IMG/VR virus record: IMGVR_UViG_3300038443_001578
Span: 19,804-83,803 of that record
Direction: 5' to 3' (one strand)
Source: a virus
DNA: 64,000 nucleotides
In this document: piece by piece, positions 1 to 10,384 of the stretch
How the letters are laid out: each line of letters starts with the position of its first letter
Position numbering within the stretch: position 1 is the stretch's first letter
Translations under genes and position numbers: made by a program
The notes under the pieces: model-generated
What the model saw: the letters and a program-made list of their open reading frames with translations, nothing else
The model's database searches: none
Told to the model about the DNA's origin: nothing

Positions 1-3
1 ATC

Positions 4-618
4 ATGACGAAGCTTGCGCAAGCGGAGAAGCTGGAGAAGCATGGACCGCCGGACAATCCGGGACTCTTTGTCCTGACATTCGAAAAGGCTGCCTGGGAGC
101 GATGGTCGCCCGAAAAGCGCCGGGCACGTGTCGACCACTGTTTGACGCGCTGCGTGATCAATAAGGACGTCAAGAAGGGCGGCCTCAAGCTCTCGCTTCG
201 CAAGTACGACATCCAGGAGTACGCGGAGGTCTACGAGCGCAACGGCCTGTACCAGGACGAATTCGGCAAGCGGATCGAGAAGGCGGCGATCGACCACCGG
301 CAGGCAACACTATTCGACCAGGCCGAACAGAGCGAGGAAGAGGATGAAGATACCGGCCCGTCGGTCTGGTCGAATACCGTCCCTTACAATATTGGCGACG
401 TCGTGCTCGATTCTGAAGGGCGCCGCTATTGCTCCGTCTCCTCGAACAACCTCGGATTCGATCCGTTCACCAATACGACGTACTGGCGGCTCGAGGAAGA
501 GCAGCAGCCGGGGGTCGACGAGGAAGAGAAGGCCAGTCCCGATCGCCCACAACTCTCCGTTGTCGAGGGCGCGAACCGCCGCACCCGACAGCCCAAAGGC
601 GAGGCCCAAGCCGCCTGA
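4..618 (+). CDS. Putative phage metallopeptidase-like protein (likely 5'-truncated) with a C-terminal CBM5/12-like module
   Basis: W...E.R.A.VDH.L.. and K/HDIQEY.EV.ER.G pattern typical of the phage putative-metallopeptidase family; WSNTVPYNIGDVV...GRRY...P....YW module. Confidence 0.55.
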   Translation: MTKLAQAEKLEKHGPPDNPGLFVLTFEKAAWERWSPEKRRARVDHCLTRCVINKDVKKGGLKLSLRKYDIQEYAEVYERNGLYQDEFGKRIEKAAIDHRQATLFDQAEQSEEEDEDTGPSVWSNTVPYNIGDVVLDSEGRRYCSVSSNNLGFDPFTNTTYWRLEEEQQPGVDEEEKASPDRPQLSVVEGANRRTRQPKGEAQAA

Positions 619-626
619 GATTAGCT

Positions 627-965
627 ATGGAACAACTCGGATTTGATCTGTTTGCAGAGGAGGCGGGGAACGAGACACCACCGCCTCCCGCCCGACCTAA
701 AGCCCAAGCGCCCGACGGATGGTATGTCGTCGACGGATGGATTAAGCGCAACCCCAAGCTGCGCGAGGAGCTTGTCGGTATCCCGACGATCATGCGCATT
801 CCCGACGATGGGATGGCTTATACCGACGCGCAGTTCCGCGTTCGCAACGAGTGGACCATCTACTTCAAGGGCTTCGGAATTACGACTTTCCGCAAAGAGG
901 GCACGACAACGCTGGAGACCGCTTACGGTCTCGCGTTGATCGGCGCGTTAAAGGTGATCGAGTGA
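627..965 (+). CDS. Hypothetical protein
   Basis: ATG at 627; its stop overlaps the next start (TGATG). Confidence 0.6.
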   Translation: MEQLGFDLFAEEAGNETPPPPARPKAQAPDGWYVVDGWIKRNPKLREELVGIPTIMRIPDDGMAYTDAQFRVRNEWTIYFKGFGITTFRKEGTTTLETAYGLALIGALKVIE

Positions 966-2629
966 TGGATGGTATCTTCGGCTTTCAATTCTACCCAACG
1001 CCGCCCGCGCTCGTTGAACAACTACTGCGCGGTATCAATTGGCTTAAGGTCGCCACAGCTCTCGAACCTGAAGCGGGCAAGGGCGACATCGCGAATGTTG
1101 TCGCCAACGAGATCCGCTCGACCTGTGGCTACCACAAGCAGAAGTCATGGACGCCTGACGTCGATTGTATCGAGATCGACCCTAACCTGCGCTCCGTCCT
1201 CAACGGTCTCGGACTCCGGGTCGTTCACGATGATTTCCTCACGTTCCGGTCGTGGAAGCGATACGATCTGATTGCCATGAACCCGCCATTTGCAGAGGGT
1301 GACAAGCACCTGTTGAAAGCGCTGGAGATGCAGCGAGACGGCGGCATGATTCGGTGCATTCTGAATGCCGAGACTCTCCGCAACCCCTACACCCGAACGC
1401 GCCAGGATCTTGCGCGAAGGTTGGAGGAGACTGGCGCTGACATCGAGTTCCTCCGTGCGGGTTTTGTCGATGGCGAACGCCCCACCGACGTCGAGGTCGC
1501 GATAGTCCGTGTCGACATTCCGCAGCGAGAGAAGCCCAGCATCATTCTCGACGATCTTCGGAAGGCGGCCGAGGTCAAGGACGACATCGACGTCACTATT
1601 GGCGAGATGGTCGACTCCGATCCTATCCGGGCTCTGATTTCCTCGTACGAATTCGAAGTTCAAGCCGGCCTTGCGCTGATCCACGAATTCCAGCGGGTCG
1701 ACAGATTGATGCGTAAACCGATCGGGCCGAACGAAGAGCGCGGATGGGGCTGCCTCAACCTTACGCTTGGGCGTCTCTCACACAACGCAACGACGGCAAC
1801 GCCAAACGAGTTGATCAGCGAGACCCGGCGCAAGTACTGGACGGCTTTGTTCGCCCACCCGAAGTTTACAGGTGTTCTCACTTCTGAACTCCGCAAGGAT
1901 TACCTCGCGAGGGTCGATATGTTGGTCGACTATGACTTCTCAGCGTTCAATATCTGGACGATCCGCGCCCAGTTCATGGATAAGGTTATCGGCGGCATCG
2001 ACAAGGCCATCCTCGACCTATTCGAGCGACTCAGTCACGAGAACGCCTGGGATAAGGATTCCAAGAACATCCACTATTACAACGGTTGGAAGACGAACAA
2101 GTCATGGAAGATCAACGAGAAGGTCATCCGCCCCAACTATGTGGTTCGCAAAGACCAGTATATGGAAGAGGTTCGCTTCCGAAGCTATGGAAATGAAGCC
2201 GATGAGCTCTCCGATATCGAGAAGGTCTTCCGGTACCTCGACGGTAAGCCGATCGCAGACGGGAGCGCCATCAAGACGATTGCGGACGCCGTCGAGCATG
2301 GCCAGCTTCGGAGTATAGAGACTACCTACTTCACGGTCACGTTCTATCTCAAGGGGACGTGCCACATCAAGTTCACCAAGCCTGATCTCCTCAAGAAGTT
2401 CAACATTTATGGCGCCCGGAATCGGAAGTGGCTGCCGCCGTCCTACGGCAAGGCAACCTATGCCGATATGGCCCCTGAGGAACGAGCGGTCGTCGACGAT
2501 TTTGAAGGCGAGCACGAGTATGCGCGAACGATGGCGCGGCGTGACTTTTTCCTTGCTGGTCCGGAGCAGATGCTTGGGATGACCTCTACGTTCCAGGCGC
2601 TGCCGATGCCGGCGGAGGTGGCGGCGTGA
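965..2629 (+). CDS. SAM-dependent DNA (N6A/N4C) methyltransferase with DUF4942-like C-terminal domain
   Basis: FYPTP, LEPEAGKG (motif I), MNPPF (motif IV); C-terminal YFTVTFYLKGTCHIKF typical of DUF4942 proteins. Confidence 0.8.
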   Translation: MDGIFGFQFYPTPPALVEQLLRGINWLKVATALEPEAGKGDIANVVANEIRSTCGYHKQKSWTPDVDCIEIDPNLRSVLNGLGLRVVHDDFLTFRSWKRYDLIAMNPPFAEGDKHLLKALEMQRDGGMIRCILNAETLRNPYTRTRQDLARRLEETGADIEFLRAGFVDGERPTDVEVAIVRVDIPQREKPSIILDDLRKAAEVKDDIDVTIGEMVDSDPIRALISSYEFEVQAGLALIHEFQRVDRLMRKPIGPNEERGWGCLNLTLGRLSHNATTATPNELISETRRKYWTALFAHPKFTGVLTSELRKDYLARVDMLVDYDFSAFNIWTIRAQFMDKVIGGIDKAILDLFERLSHENAWDKDSKNIHYYNGWKTNKSWKINEKVIRPNYVVRKDQYMEEVRFRSYGNEADELSDIEKVFRYLDGKPIADGSAIKTIADAVEHGQLRSIETTYFTVTFYLKGTCHIKFTKPDLLKKFNIYGARNRKWLPPSYGKATYADMAPEERAVVDDFEGEHEYARTMARRDFFLAGPEQMLGMTSTFQALPMPAEVAA

Positions 2630-3252
2630 GCATGCGACTGTTCGACGTCGAGCCTCAGCCTCTTCCCAAGAGGGTCGGCCTCAAGACAACTGAGCGTATG
2701 ACAGCGTCGCGCCGGGGAAGCAATGACGATGATTTCTATCCGACCGATCCTTTCGCCACGCGTGCTCTATGTGAACGGGAGTCGCTGCAGGGGGTCGTGT
2801 GGGAATGCGCTTGCGGCGACGGGCGTATGTCGCGGGTCATAGAACAGCACGGCCAAGGCGTTACGGCTGTGGTTTCCAGCGACAAGTTCGATCGCGGATA
2901 TGGCGATGTAGAAGTCGACTTCCTCGCGGTCGATCCGGCCCAGTACGGGCAAATCAATCATATCGTCACCAACCCTCCCTACAACGTAGCGGAGCAATTC
3001 ATCTGGCGCGCATTGGAGATCGTTGACGGCAAAGTCTGCATGCTTCTCCGGACAAACTTCCTTGAGTCGGAACGGCGATACCGGCTCTTCACAACAACGC
3101 CTTTCGCCGGAATCTATCAGTTCAGCCGGCGGATTCAGATGTTTCGAAATGGACACGACACCGGCGGAAGCGGAATGATCGCCTTCGCTTGGTTCGTGTG
3201 GGATAAGGCGCGGCCGGCAGATGTCGAGCCGTGGATAAGGCACATACCATGA
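2626..3252 (+). CDS. Small phage DNA adenine methyltransferase
   Basis: DDFYPT, WECACGDG, VTNPPY and FAWFVW motifs. Confidence 0.8.
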   Translation: MSMRLFDVEPQPLPKRVGLKTTERMTASRRGSNDDDFYPTDPFATRALCERESLQGVVWECACGDGRMSRVIEQHGQGVTAVVSSDKFDRGYGDVEVDFLAVDPAQYGQINHIVTNPPYNVAEQFIWRALEIVDGKVCMLLRTNFLESERRYRLFTTTPFAGIYQFSRRIQMFRNGHDTGGSGMIAFAWFVWDKARPADVEPWIRHIP

Positions 3253-3899
3253 AGATTCTCGCACTTGATCAGGCGACCAAGACCGGCCTCTGCCGCGTCT
3301 TCGTTGACGATTCCGGCAAAGCGCATTATGAAACCGATGTCTTATATCCTCCGGTCGACAAGCGCGACGGTGATGATCGGCTGGAATGGTACGACCTCGC
3401 CGTCTCCGAAGAGCTTATCCGCGGCGTGAAGCTGCTCGTACTCGAAGGTTATAGCTACGGCTCCATGGGCGGCTTCGCATCCCACCGCAACCCGGAAACT
3501 CAGATGGAGCTCGGTGGCGTGATCAAACTCGCGGCCAAGAAGCGACGCGTGCAGCGCCTGATCGTCAGTCCTCAAGCAATCAAGAAGTGGGCGCTCGGGG
3601 ATGGCTGGAATTCTCTGTTCCCCGAGCTCAAGGGCGAGAAAAAGCGCAAGGCCATGAAAGCCGCAATCGTCGACGCCGTCAATGAAGAGCTTGGCCTCAG
3701 CTTGCTCTATAGCCAGGACGACCAGGCCGACGCCGCAGTCCTCGCGATGATCGGCTATCACTACGTCGCCGAAACGCCTCTCTTGCCGCGCCATCGTGAC
3801 GAGGTCTTAATGACGTTGCGCGGCAAGAAATGGACGCGCAAGAAGACGTCCTCGATGAAAGCAAAAACGCAGCCGTCCCTGCTCGACGCGGCCGCATAG
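3249..3899 (+). CDS. RuvC-like Holliday junction resolvase
   Basis: MKILALDQATKTG, VLEG, P..IKK and DDQADA acidic RNase H-fold residues. Confidence 0.75.
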   Translation: MKILALDQATKTGLCRVFVDDSGKAHYETDVLYPPVDKRDGDDRLEWYDLAVSEELIRGVKLLVLEGYSYGSMGGFASHRNPETQMELGGVIKLAAKKRRVQRLIVSPQAIKKWALGDGWNSLFPELKGEKKRKAMKAAIVDAVNEELGLSLLYSQDDQADAAVLAMIGYHYVAETPLLPRHRDEVLMTLRGKKWTRKKTSSMKAKTQPSLLDAAA

Positions 3900-3909
3900 G
3901 AGACTCTCG

Positions 3910-4647
3910 ATGAAGGAACGACCGATTTTAATGCGCGGCCCGCTGGTTTGCGCGACGATCGCCGGCCACAAAACGGTCACACGCCGCCTCGACGGACTGG
4001 ACGACGTCAATGTTTGGCCGGATGCATGGAAGCTTGGTGAGAGCGGTGTCGCCGACGGCGAGCACTGGCAAACGCTCGTCGATAAAGAGGACCCCGACCT
4101 CATAGTTAACGTCCGCTCGGGCCAGGGCGCGCCCGGCGACCGTCTCTGGGTGCGCGAAACCTGGGCGGTCGGTGCATGCGCCGATTCGCTGTTGCCGGCC
4201 GAATTGCACCCTGGAACATGGCTGAACGACAACGGCGGCCTCTGGTATCCCGCCGACAACACGGAGCCGAAGCATCCGATCTCGCCGCGGGGAAAGACGC
4301 GTGTGTCTATCCACATGCCACGTTGGGCGTCTCGGGTTTCACTGGAAGTCGTGTCGATCAGATATGAGCGCCTAAGCTCGATTACGGCGGACGACGCGTT
4401 GGCAGAAGGCATCACCATCCCCACGAATGAAAAGGGCGAGTGGTTGGTTGAACTCGCCGGGAGCAAGTACCCGGCGATCAACTACATCCCGCACCGGACT
4501 GATCGTTCGGAAATATCCCTGCGCGACGACATTGCCCGCGCCTACTTTGCGTCGTTATGGGACGGCATCAACGCCGAGCGCGGCTATGGGTGGGATGTAG
4601 ATCCTTGGGTGCGGCGAGTCGAGTTTAAACTCAAGGAGGGCAAGTAG
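3910..4647 (+). CDS. Conserved phage ASCH/PUA-like protein
   Basis: MKERPILM.G..V.A...G.KT.TRR, PGDRLWVRETW, SIHMPRWASR, W..NP/DPWV..VEF. Confidence 0.7.
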   Translation: MKERPILMRGPLVCATIAGHKTVTRRLDGLDDVNVWPDAWKLGESGVADGEHWQTLVDKEDPDLIVNVRSGQGAPGDRLWVRETWAVGACADSLLPAELHPGTWLNDNGGLWYPADNTEPKHPISPRGKTRVSIHMPRWASRVSLEVVSIRYERLSSITADDALAEGITIPTNEKGEWLVELAGSKYPAINYIPHRTDRSEISLRDDIARAYFASLWDGINAERGYGWDVDPWVRRVEFKLKEGK

Positions 4648-5604
4648 ATGGGCAAGGACAGCAAAATCGAGTGGACGCACCACACGTTCAATCCGTGGTG
4701 GGGCTGCACCAAGGTCGACCCAAAGTGCGCGAACTGCTACGCACTCGCGTTATCGACGCGCTACGGCCACAACGTATGGGGACCGACGGCAGCGCGCCGT
4801 CAGATGTCGGCCGATCATTGGAAACAACCGCTGGCATGGAACGCAGCAGCCGCAAAAGCTGGTGAGCATCATCGGGTGTTTTGTGCCTCGATGGCCGATG
4901 TGTTCGAAGGGCCGGAAACCTGCCAGAATGCGGACGCGTACGCAATGATCCAGCGGGAACGGCTGCGACTGTTCGATATCATCCGGCAGACACCGAACCT
5001 CGATTGGCTACTGTTGACGAAGAGGCCGGAGAACGTACTGCCGATGATCAATGAAGCAGCCAGAAAGATTGCGCAGACATGCATCGAGGACGCAAGCGCG
5101 AAAGCGCGTATCGGTGACCTTGGCAACTGGCTTGATGACTGGTGGAATGAAATGCCACCTGCGAATGTCTGGATCGGCACGAGCAACGAGCAGGATTCAC
5201 AGATCCTCGCCGAGATTCCCGCTGTTGTCCATTTTCTCTCGATTGAGCCGCTCCTCGGCGACCCTGGCACAATCGATCTTCGCGGTATCGATTGGGTGAT
5301 AACCGGCGGTGAGAGCGGTCCAGGCGCACGGCCAATGCACCCTGATTGGGCGCGATCGGTGCGCGACCAGTGCGTCGACGCCGGCGTTTCATTCTTCTTC
5401 AAGCAGTGGGGCGAATGGTCTCCAGGAATAGAGAACGAGTTTAGGGCTTCGCAGGTTGGCATTGATCCGTCGGGGAGCGTGCACTCGTTGCGCTCCGTGG
5501 GCCTTTGGCCCAGTGGTACGCAGCGGATGTTCCGCATCGGTAAGAAGGAAGCTGGCCGTTTCCTTGATGGACGGACGTGGGACCAGATCCCGGAGGTGCG
5601 CTGA
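4648..5604 (+). CDS. DUF5131 / phage Gp37-Gp68 family radical-SAM-like protein
   Basis: SKIEWT..TFNPWWGCTKV...CANCYA, LLTKRP, SIEPLL, WVITGGESG, FFFKQWG. Confidence 0.9.
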   Translation: MGKDSKIEWTHHTFNPWWGCTKVDPKCANCYALALSTRYGHNVWGPTAARRQMSADHWKQPLAWNAAAAKAGEHHRVFCASMADVFEGPETCQNADAYAMIQRERLRLFDIIRQTPNLDWLLLTKRPENVLPMINEAARKIAQTCIEDASAKARIGDLGNWLDDWWNEMPPANVWIGTSNEQDSQILAEIPAVVHFLSIEPLLGDPGTIDLRGIDWVITGGESGPGARPMHPDWARSVRDQCVDAGVSFFFKQWGEWSPGIENEFRASQVGIDPSGSVHSLRSVGLWPSGTQRMFRIGKKEAGRFLDGRTWDQIPEVR

Positions 5605-6239
5605 TGGCCGACTGGGTCACCCTCAAGAACAAGCTCGGCCTCACCCTGCGGCCGATCGATCAGTGGCCGGGCAAGCTCACATACGCCCGCGCTACGTCGC
5701 CGTACTCGGCCAAGATCAATGACACGCTCAACGTGCTCCAGCGCGAGCTGCGGGAGCTTCGCGCGAAGAACATCGTTCTCGAGATCGCTATCCGCGAAAA
5801 GGATCTTCGGCTGGACGGGCTGCCGCGGGCCGGCGCGCTCGCCTCGCATCCTGGCATCATCCTGTCGTTCGAAAGCAAGCATGGTCCGCTCAGGCTACCG
5901 TTTGACGGCTTCCGAAACTGGGAGCACAACTTGCGCGCGATCGCGATGCATCTCGAGCATTTACGTCTTGCTGGCCTGTACGGCGTCGGCCACGACGGGG
6001 AGCAGTATCGCGGTTGGGCGGCATTGCCGGCGCCCGAAAAGAAGTCGCCGGAGCGCGAAGCGGCCGAATGGATCGCCTCAAGGCTCGACGGCCTCAAAGT
6101 GGAGGATGTGCTGGCTCGGAAAGTCGATGTCGAGAAGATTTTACGCGCGCTTTACCGTAGGCTGCATCCCGACGTCGTCGGCGGCTCGCATGAAGATTTC
6201 ATCCGGCTGCAAGAGTACGTCGAGATCCTGAAGTGGTAG
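5604..6239 (+). CDS. Phage protein with C-terminal DnaJ-like J domain
   Basis: YRRLHPD..GGS.EDF.RL; NLRAIA..LE.LR....YG motif of this phage family. Confidence 0.7.
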   Translation: MADWVTLKNKLGLTLRPIDQWPGKLTYARATSPYSAKINDTLNVLQRELRELRAKNIVLEIAIREKDLRLDGLPRAGALASHPGIILSFESKHGPLRLPFDGFRNWEHNLRAIAMHLEHLRLAGLYGVGHDGEQYRGWAALPAPEKKSPEREAAEWIASRLDGLKVEDVLARKVDVEKILRALYRRLHPDVVGGSHEDFIRLQEYVEILKW

Positions 6240-6383
6240 CACTGGCACGTTAGCTCACCGTCGGGTAAGCTGAAAGCCAGACCGGTTTGTCGCGATCGTC
6301 GATTGGGGTAAAAGGGGAGTTTTTTTTGCCCTCAGTTTATGGCTCGATATACATAAAATCAATCAGCCTAGATTTGTAACTTT

Positions 6384-9005
6384 ATGGTTCAACCGAAGGA
6401 CAACCTCCTCAAAGCGGCGACGGCGCTCGTGCAGGCCGGGATATCCGTCATACCGATCGAACCGGACGGCAATGCCAACGACGGTAAGCAGCCGATCATC
6501 GTCGGGCAATCGGCCGACGGATCGCCGCAGCGTCTGTCCTGGCAACGGTATCAGAAACGCCTGCCGAATCAGAAAGAGCTTGAGGCGTGGTTCACCGTGT
6601 CTGGCCGCGGTATCGCCGTCATCTCCGGCGAGGTATCCGGACGGCTCGAGCTCCTCGATTTCGACGAGCCTGGGCTCTTCGAGCAGTTCGTCGAGGCCTG
6701 CCGGGACAACGATCTCGGGGACGTCGTCGACAAGTGCCCGCTCGACGAAACGCCCAGCGGCGGCCGCCATCTCTACTATCGATGCGAAGATGAGGTCGGG
6801 CCCAGGGTCATCCTCGCCCAGAAGCATAATCCCGACAATCCCTCGAAGCCCAAGATCCGCATTGAAACAAGGTCCGAGGGAAACTATACCGTCGTCCCTC
6901 CCACGCCGGCGGCTTGCCATCGGCTGAACAAACCGTATCGGATGCTTTGCGGCAAGCCGATCGAGGCACCGGTCCTTAGTGCTTACGAGCGCGCCGGGCT
7001 CCGCGCGATGGCGCGGCTCTTTAACGAATACGTCGCCCCCTCTGATCAGGTCAAGACGCCAAACCCACGTGGGCGACAGCCGTCGGGACTGCGACCAGGC
7101 GACGACTACAATGAGCGCGGCGACGCCGAAGCTATCCTGCAACGGCACGGCTGGACCCGAATCACGAACCGCAGCGGCGTTAACCTGTACCGCCGTCCCG
7201 GCAAATCGAAGGGCCAGAGCGCGACCTTCGGGACCCGGCCATCCGGGGGCACATGGCTGCACGTCTTTAGCTCGAGCGCCGCGCCGTTCCAATTCGACAA
7301 GAATTACAATCCGTTTCAGATTTACGCTCTCCTGGAGCACTCCGGCGATTTTGCGGCCGCCGCTAAGGCCCTCGCCGCCCAAGGCTACGGTTCGCCCGCC
7401 GAGCCGCCCACGCGGCCCGCACAGGCGGCTGACGATGCATACGGCGACGATGACGCGCCCCACCCGTTGACGCCGGCGCCGTCGGGCCCAGCCGTCGCCG
7501 ACGCGCCATGGGAGGACCCGATCCCGCTCGCCTCGTTCGATCTGCCGGCGTTTCCGATCCGCGCGCTGCCGGACCCGCTGCGGTCCATGGCGGCCGCCGT
7601 GGCCGAGCTCACGCAGGTCCCGATCGACATGGCCGCAAGTGTGGCCCTAGGCGTCTGTGCCGCGGCGACACGCGGACGCGTCCGCATCGACGTCGGCGGA
7701 ACGTTCCCGGTCCATACCAACACGTACACCGTCGTCGTCGCCAAGCCGTCGGAGCATAAATCGAGTGTTCTGAAGTTGCTCGCCGCCCCACTCTATCAGG
7801 CCGAACACGAATTGATTACGGAGGCAAAGCCGAAAGTCAGGCTCGCCAAAGCGAAGGCGGAAAACCTCGAGGCGGAAATTGGAAAGCTCCGCAAGCAGCT
7901 CATGAATCCGAAGCTCGACCGCGTTGAGCGCCAGGCGAAGGAGGATGAGATCGACCAACTTGTTTTGCAGATGGCCGAAATACCCAACCTCCCGCAGATC
8001 CTCGTCGACGACTCGACGACATCGGCTCTCGGACAGGTCATGGCCGACCAGCCAGACAATTCGGCCGCGCTGATTAGCGACGAGGGCGGCTTTTTTGACA
8101 CCCTCGCGAATTCCGGCAACAGCAAAACCGGCGGCCACGCCAGCCTCGACCTCGTGCTCAAAGGCTTCAATCAGGAGCCGACGCGAGTGAACCGAACATC
8201 GCGCGCCTATCTCTACATCCCGAAGCCGGCACTAACCATTTGCCTGATGGTACAGCCCAGCGTCATCGAGGCGTTCTCCGAGCAAAAACAGTTCCGCGGC
8301 AAGGGGCTTCTTTCACGCTTCATGTACGTGTATCCGAAATCGATCGTCGGATCGCGGACGTTCTCGCAGTCTTCGATCCCGAACGATGTACGGGAAGAGT
8401 ACTACCAGGCGGTACGATCGCTGTTCGCAATTCCCAACCCGGTCACGGCCGAGGATCCTGGCGCCCACCACGTTATCCGCATCGCACGCCAAACCGCGGC
8501 AATGTCGCTCTGGGCCGAGTTCAACGCCAATCTCGAGACTCGGATCGGCGAGGAGGGCGATCTCTTTGCCTACGATGACTGGGGCGGCAAGCTATCCGGC
8601 CAGGCGGCGCGGCTCGCCGGCCTGTTCCACGTGCTCCAGCATCAAAACATCGCCTCCGCTATGGCGGTCCCGATCTCGGACGACAACATGTGCCGGGCAC
8701 TGGCGATCGCGCAATATCTCATCCCGCACGCGCTGCGCACCTTTGGTGAAATCGTCCATGGAGGCAGCAACAAACTCGCCATGAGAATCGATTCGTGGAT
8801 ACTCAAGAGAGGTATCACCGAGTTCAAGTTCCAGCAGGTCCGAGACAGCCACAATGACCGGTCCGACGACGAAATCGACCTCGCACTCGAATTGCTTTGC
8901 AAATACAACCGAATACGCCAGATAATTCCCGATCGGTCGAAAGGCGGCCGCCCTGGCAGGCTTCCTTACCACGTCAATCCAAAGGTCCTTGGTGCAAAAA
9001 AATGA
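6384..9005 (+). CDS. Bifunctional primase-polymerase fused to DUF3987/YfjI-like helicase domain
   Basis: N-terminal LLDFD, TPSGGRHLYY, YTVVPPT (Prim-Pol); C-terminal AKPSEHKS, SDEG, GLLSRF (DUF3987). Confidence 0.85.
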   Translation: MVQPKDNLLKAATALVQAGISVIPIEPDGNANDGKQPIIVGQSADGSPQRLSWQRYQKRLPNQKELEAWFTVSGRGIAVISGEVSGRLELLDFDEPGLFEQFVEACRDNDLGDVVDKCPLDETPSGGRHLYYRCEDEVGPRVILAQKHNPDNPSKPKIRIETRSEGNYTVVPPTPAACHRLNKPYRMLCGKPIEAPVLSAYERAGLRAMARLFNEYVAPSDQVKTPNPRGRQPSGLRPGDDYNERGDAEAILQRHGWTRITNRSGVNLYRRPGKSKGQSATFGTRPSGGTWLHVFSSSAAPFQFDKNYNPFQIYALLEHSGDFAAAAKALAAQGYGSPAEPPTRPAQAADDAYGDDDAPHPLTPAPSGPAVADAPWEDPIPLASFDLPAFPIRALPDPLRSMAAAVAELTQVPIDMAASVALGVCAAATRGRVRIDVGGTFPVHTNTYTVVVAKPSEHKSSVLKLLAAPLYQAEHELITEAKPKVRLAKAKAENLEAEIGKLRKQLMNPKLDRVERQAKEDEIDQLVLQMAEIPNLPQILVDDSTTSALGQVMADQPDNSAALISDEGGFFDTLANSGNSKTGGHASLDLVLKGFNQEPTRVNRTSRAYLYIPKPALTICLMVQPSVIEAFSEQKQFRGKGLLSRFMYVYPKSIVGSRTFSQSSIPNDVREEYYQAVRSLFAIPNPVTAEDPGAHHVIRIARQTAAMSLWAEFNANLETRIGEEGDLFAYDDWGGKLSGQAARLAGLFHVLQHQNIASAMAVPISDDNMCRALAIAQYLIPHALRTFGEIVHGGSNKLAMRIDSWILKRGITEFKFQQVRDSHNDRSDDEIDLALELLCKYNRIRQIIPDRSKGGRPGRLPYHVNPKVLGAKK

Positions 9006-9024
9006 CAGTATGGCCTATTTACAA

Positions 9025-9393
9025 GAGGTTTCCGGGGAATGCCTCAGAGCCTCATTTCGGGAGGGTAGTCAGATGGAAAACAGAAAAAACACCGTCAAAA
9101 TTGTCGAATTAAATCGAGGTTTCCGGGGGTTTCCGGGGGTGGCACCCCGGAAACCTCTCAGATGGAAATCGGGGGTTTCCGGGGTTTCCGGGGTATTTTT
9201 CGGGCTAACCCATCTGACTCGCGCGTTAAGCAAATTTTAGACTCCATATTTATATTTATATACTAAAGGAACATGAGTCCATGGAAATCAATACTGGCCG
9301 CGATTATTATTCGATGTACGTTTCTGTATATGAATCGATAAACCCTAACTCTGGCGAATCTACCCCGGAAACCCCGGAAACCCCGGAAACCTC
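9025..9393. repeat. Putative replication origin: GGTTTCCGG iterons in both orientations around an AT-rich core
   Basis: Forward copies at 9027, 9118, 9128, 9174, 9183; inverted copies at 9147, 9365, 9374, 9383; AT-rich tract ~9236-9270; lies directly after the primase gene. Confidence 0.75.
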
Positions 9394-9859
9394 GGGATTT
9401 AATTGGGCTCAATTTGTGCCAAAAACGAGGCCTTCCCATCTAACGGCCAATCACATCGAGGGCTATTTCTTTTGTCTCGGGGCGGAATTAATCGTCGAAA
9501 ATGGCGAAATTAAACCTCGGCGGCTCGTAAATACTGCCCCTCATTGGCTCGTCGACGGGCTGACAGAGCACGCGTCGGACATGCTGCCGTACTTCACCAA
9601 GCGCCAAGCCGCGGCCTCCCTCTTCGAGCGCATCGAATTCCTCAAGCACTACGAGACAAAGGGCAATAAACCGCGCCAGGATCTCATCGATTACCTCGCC
9701 AAGCAAATTGTGCGGTTTGGCTCGTCGTGCGATCTCGAGAAGGGCTACACGGACCCATACGACCCGTTCGCAGCCACTGCGCTTGAGACTTTGGAAGCCG
9801 CCTTTATTGAGCTTACGAGGCCCGGCAATCCTTATCCGTTGAGGAGAGACAGTGGGTAG
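9281..9859 (+). CDS. Hypothetical protein overlapping the origin iterons (TPETPETPET)
   Basis: ORF with AAGGA upstream; the three inverted iterons are read in frame. Confidence 0.5.
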   Translation: MEINTGRDYYSMYVSVYESINPNSGESTPETPETPETSGFNWAQFVPKTRPSHLTANHIEGYFFCLGAELIVENGEIKPRRLVNTAPHWLVDGLTEHASDMLPYFTKRQAAASLFERIEFLKHYETKGNKPRQDLIDYLAKQIVRFGSSCDLEKGYTDPYDPFAATALETLEAAFIELTRPGNPYPLRRDSG

Positions 9860-9970
9860 GTCCGTTCTTTACTCAGGTTTTTCGATTACCTTACGCGCAT
9901 GCGCGGAGATTTTCAACAGGACTTAATTTTTCAACAATTCAACCGGCGTTGTCCGGTGAGGAGATTCGAT

Positions 9971-10384
9971 TTGAAATACTACATCGCAACCAAACTTGAA
10001 AACCATGCGCAACATAATACTCTCCGCGACACCCTTGCCGCCTTCGGGCATCAAATCACGTACGATTGGACGACCCACGGCCCGGTTTGGCGCGATGGAA
10101 TCGACAGATGCCGCGCGGTCGCGCTACTCGAAACAAAGGGCGTTCTGGACGCGGACGTCGTGATTGTGCTCTGGCCGGGCGGACGAGGCACGCATGCAGA
10201 ACTTGGCATCGCCATTGGCGCCGGCAAACCGGTCGTTTTTGTCAGCGACGTCGAGGGCCATCATCAGGCATCGCCGGAAACATGCGCGTTCTACCACCAC
10301 CCGTCAGTACTGCGATTCCACTATGTTGACGATATCCCGTGGGCACTTGATCGGATTGACCGAGTGCGTGAGGCGTGCCGATGA
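9971..10384 (+). CDS. Nucleoside 2-deoxyribosyltransferase-like protein
   Basis: KYYIA start, ADVVIVL.PGGRGTHAELGIA...GKPV; TTG start after GAGGAG. Confidence 0.75.
   Translation: MKYYIATKLENHAQHNTLRDTLAAFGHQITYDWTTHGPVWRDGIDRCRAVALLETKGVLDADVVIVLWPGGRGTHAELGIAIGAGKPVVFVSDVEGHHQASPETCAFYHHPSVLRFHYVDDIPWALDRIDRVREACR

Noticed and set aside
6240-6383. Hairpins upstream of the primase gene as a possible riboswitch
   Set aside because: Stems are present but match no family I recognise; insufficient support.
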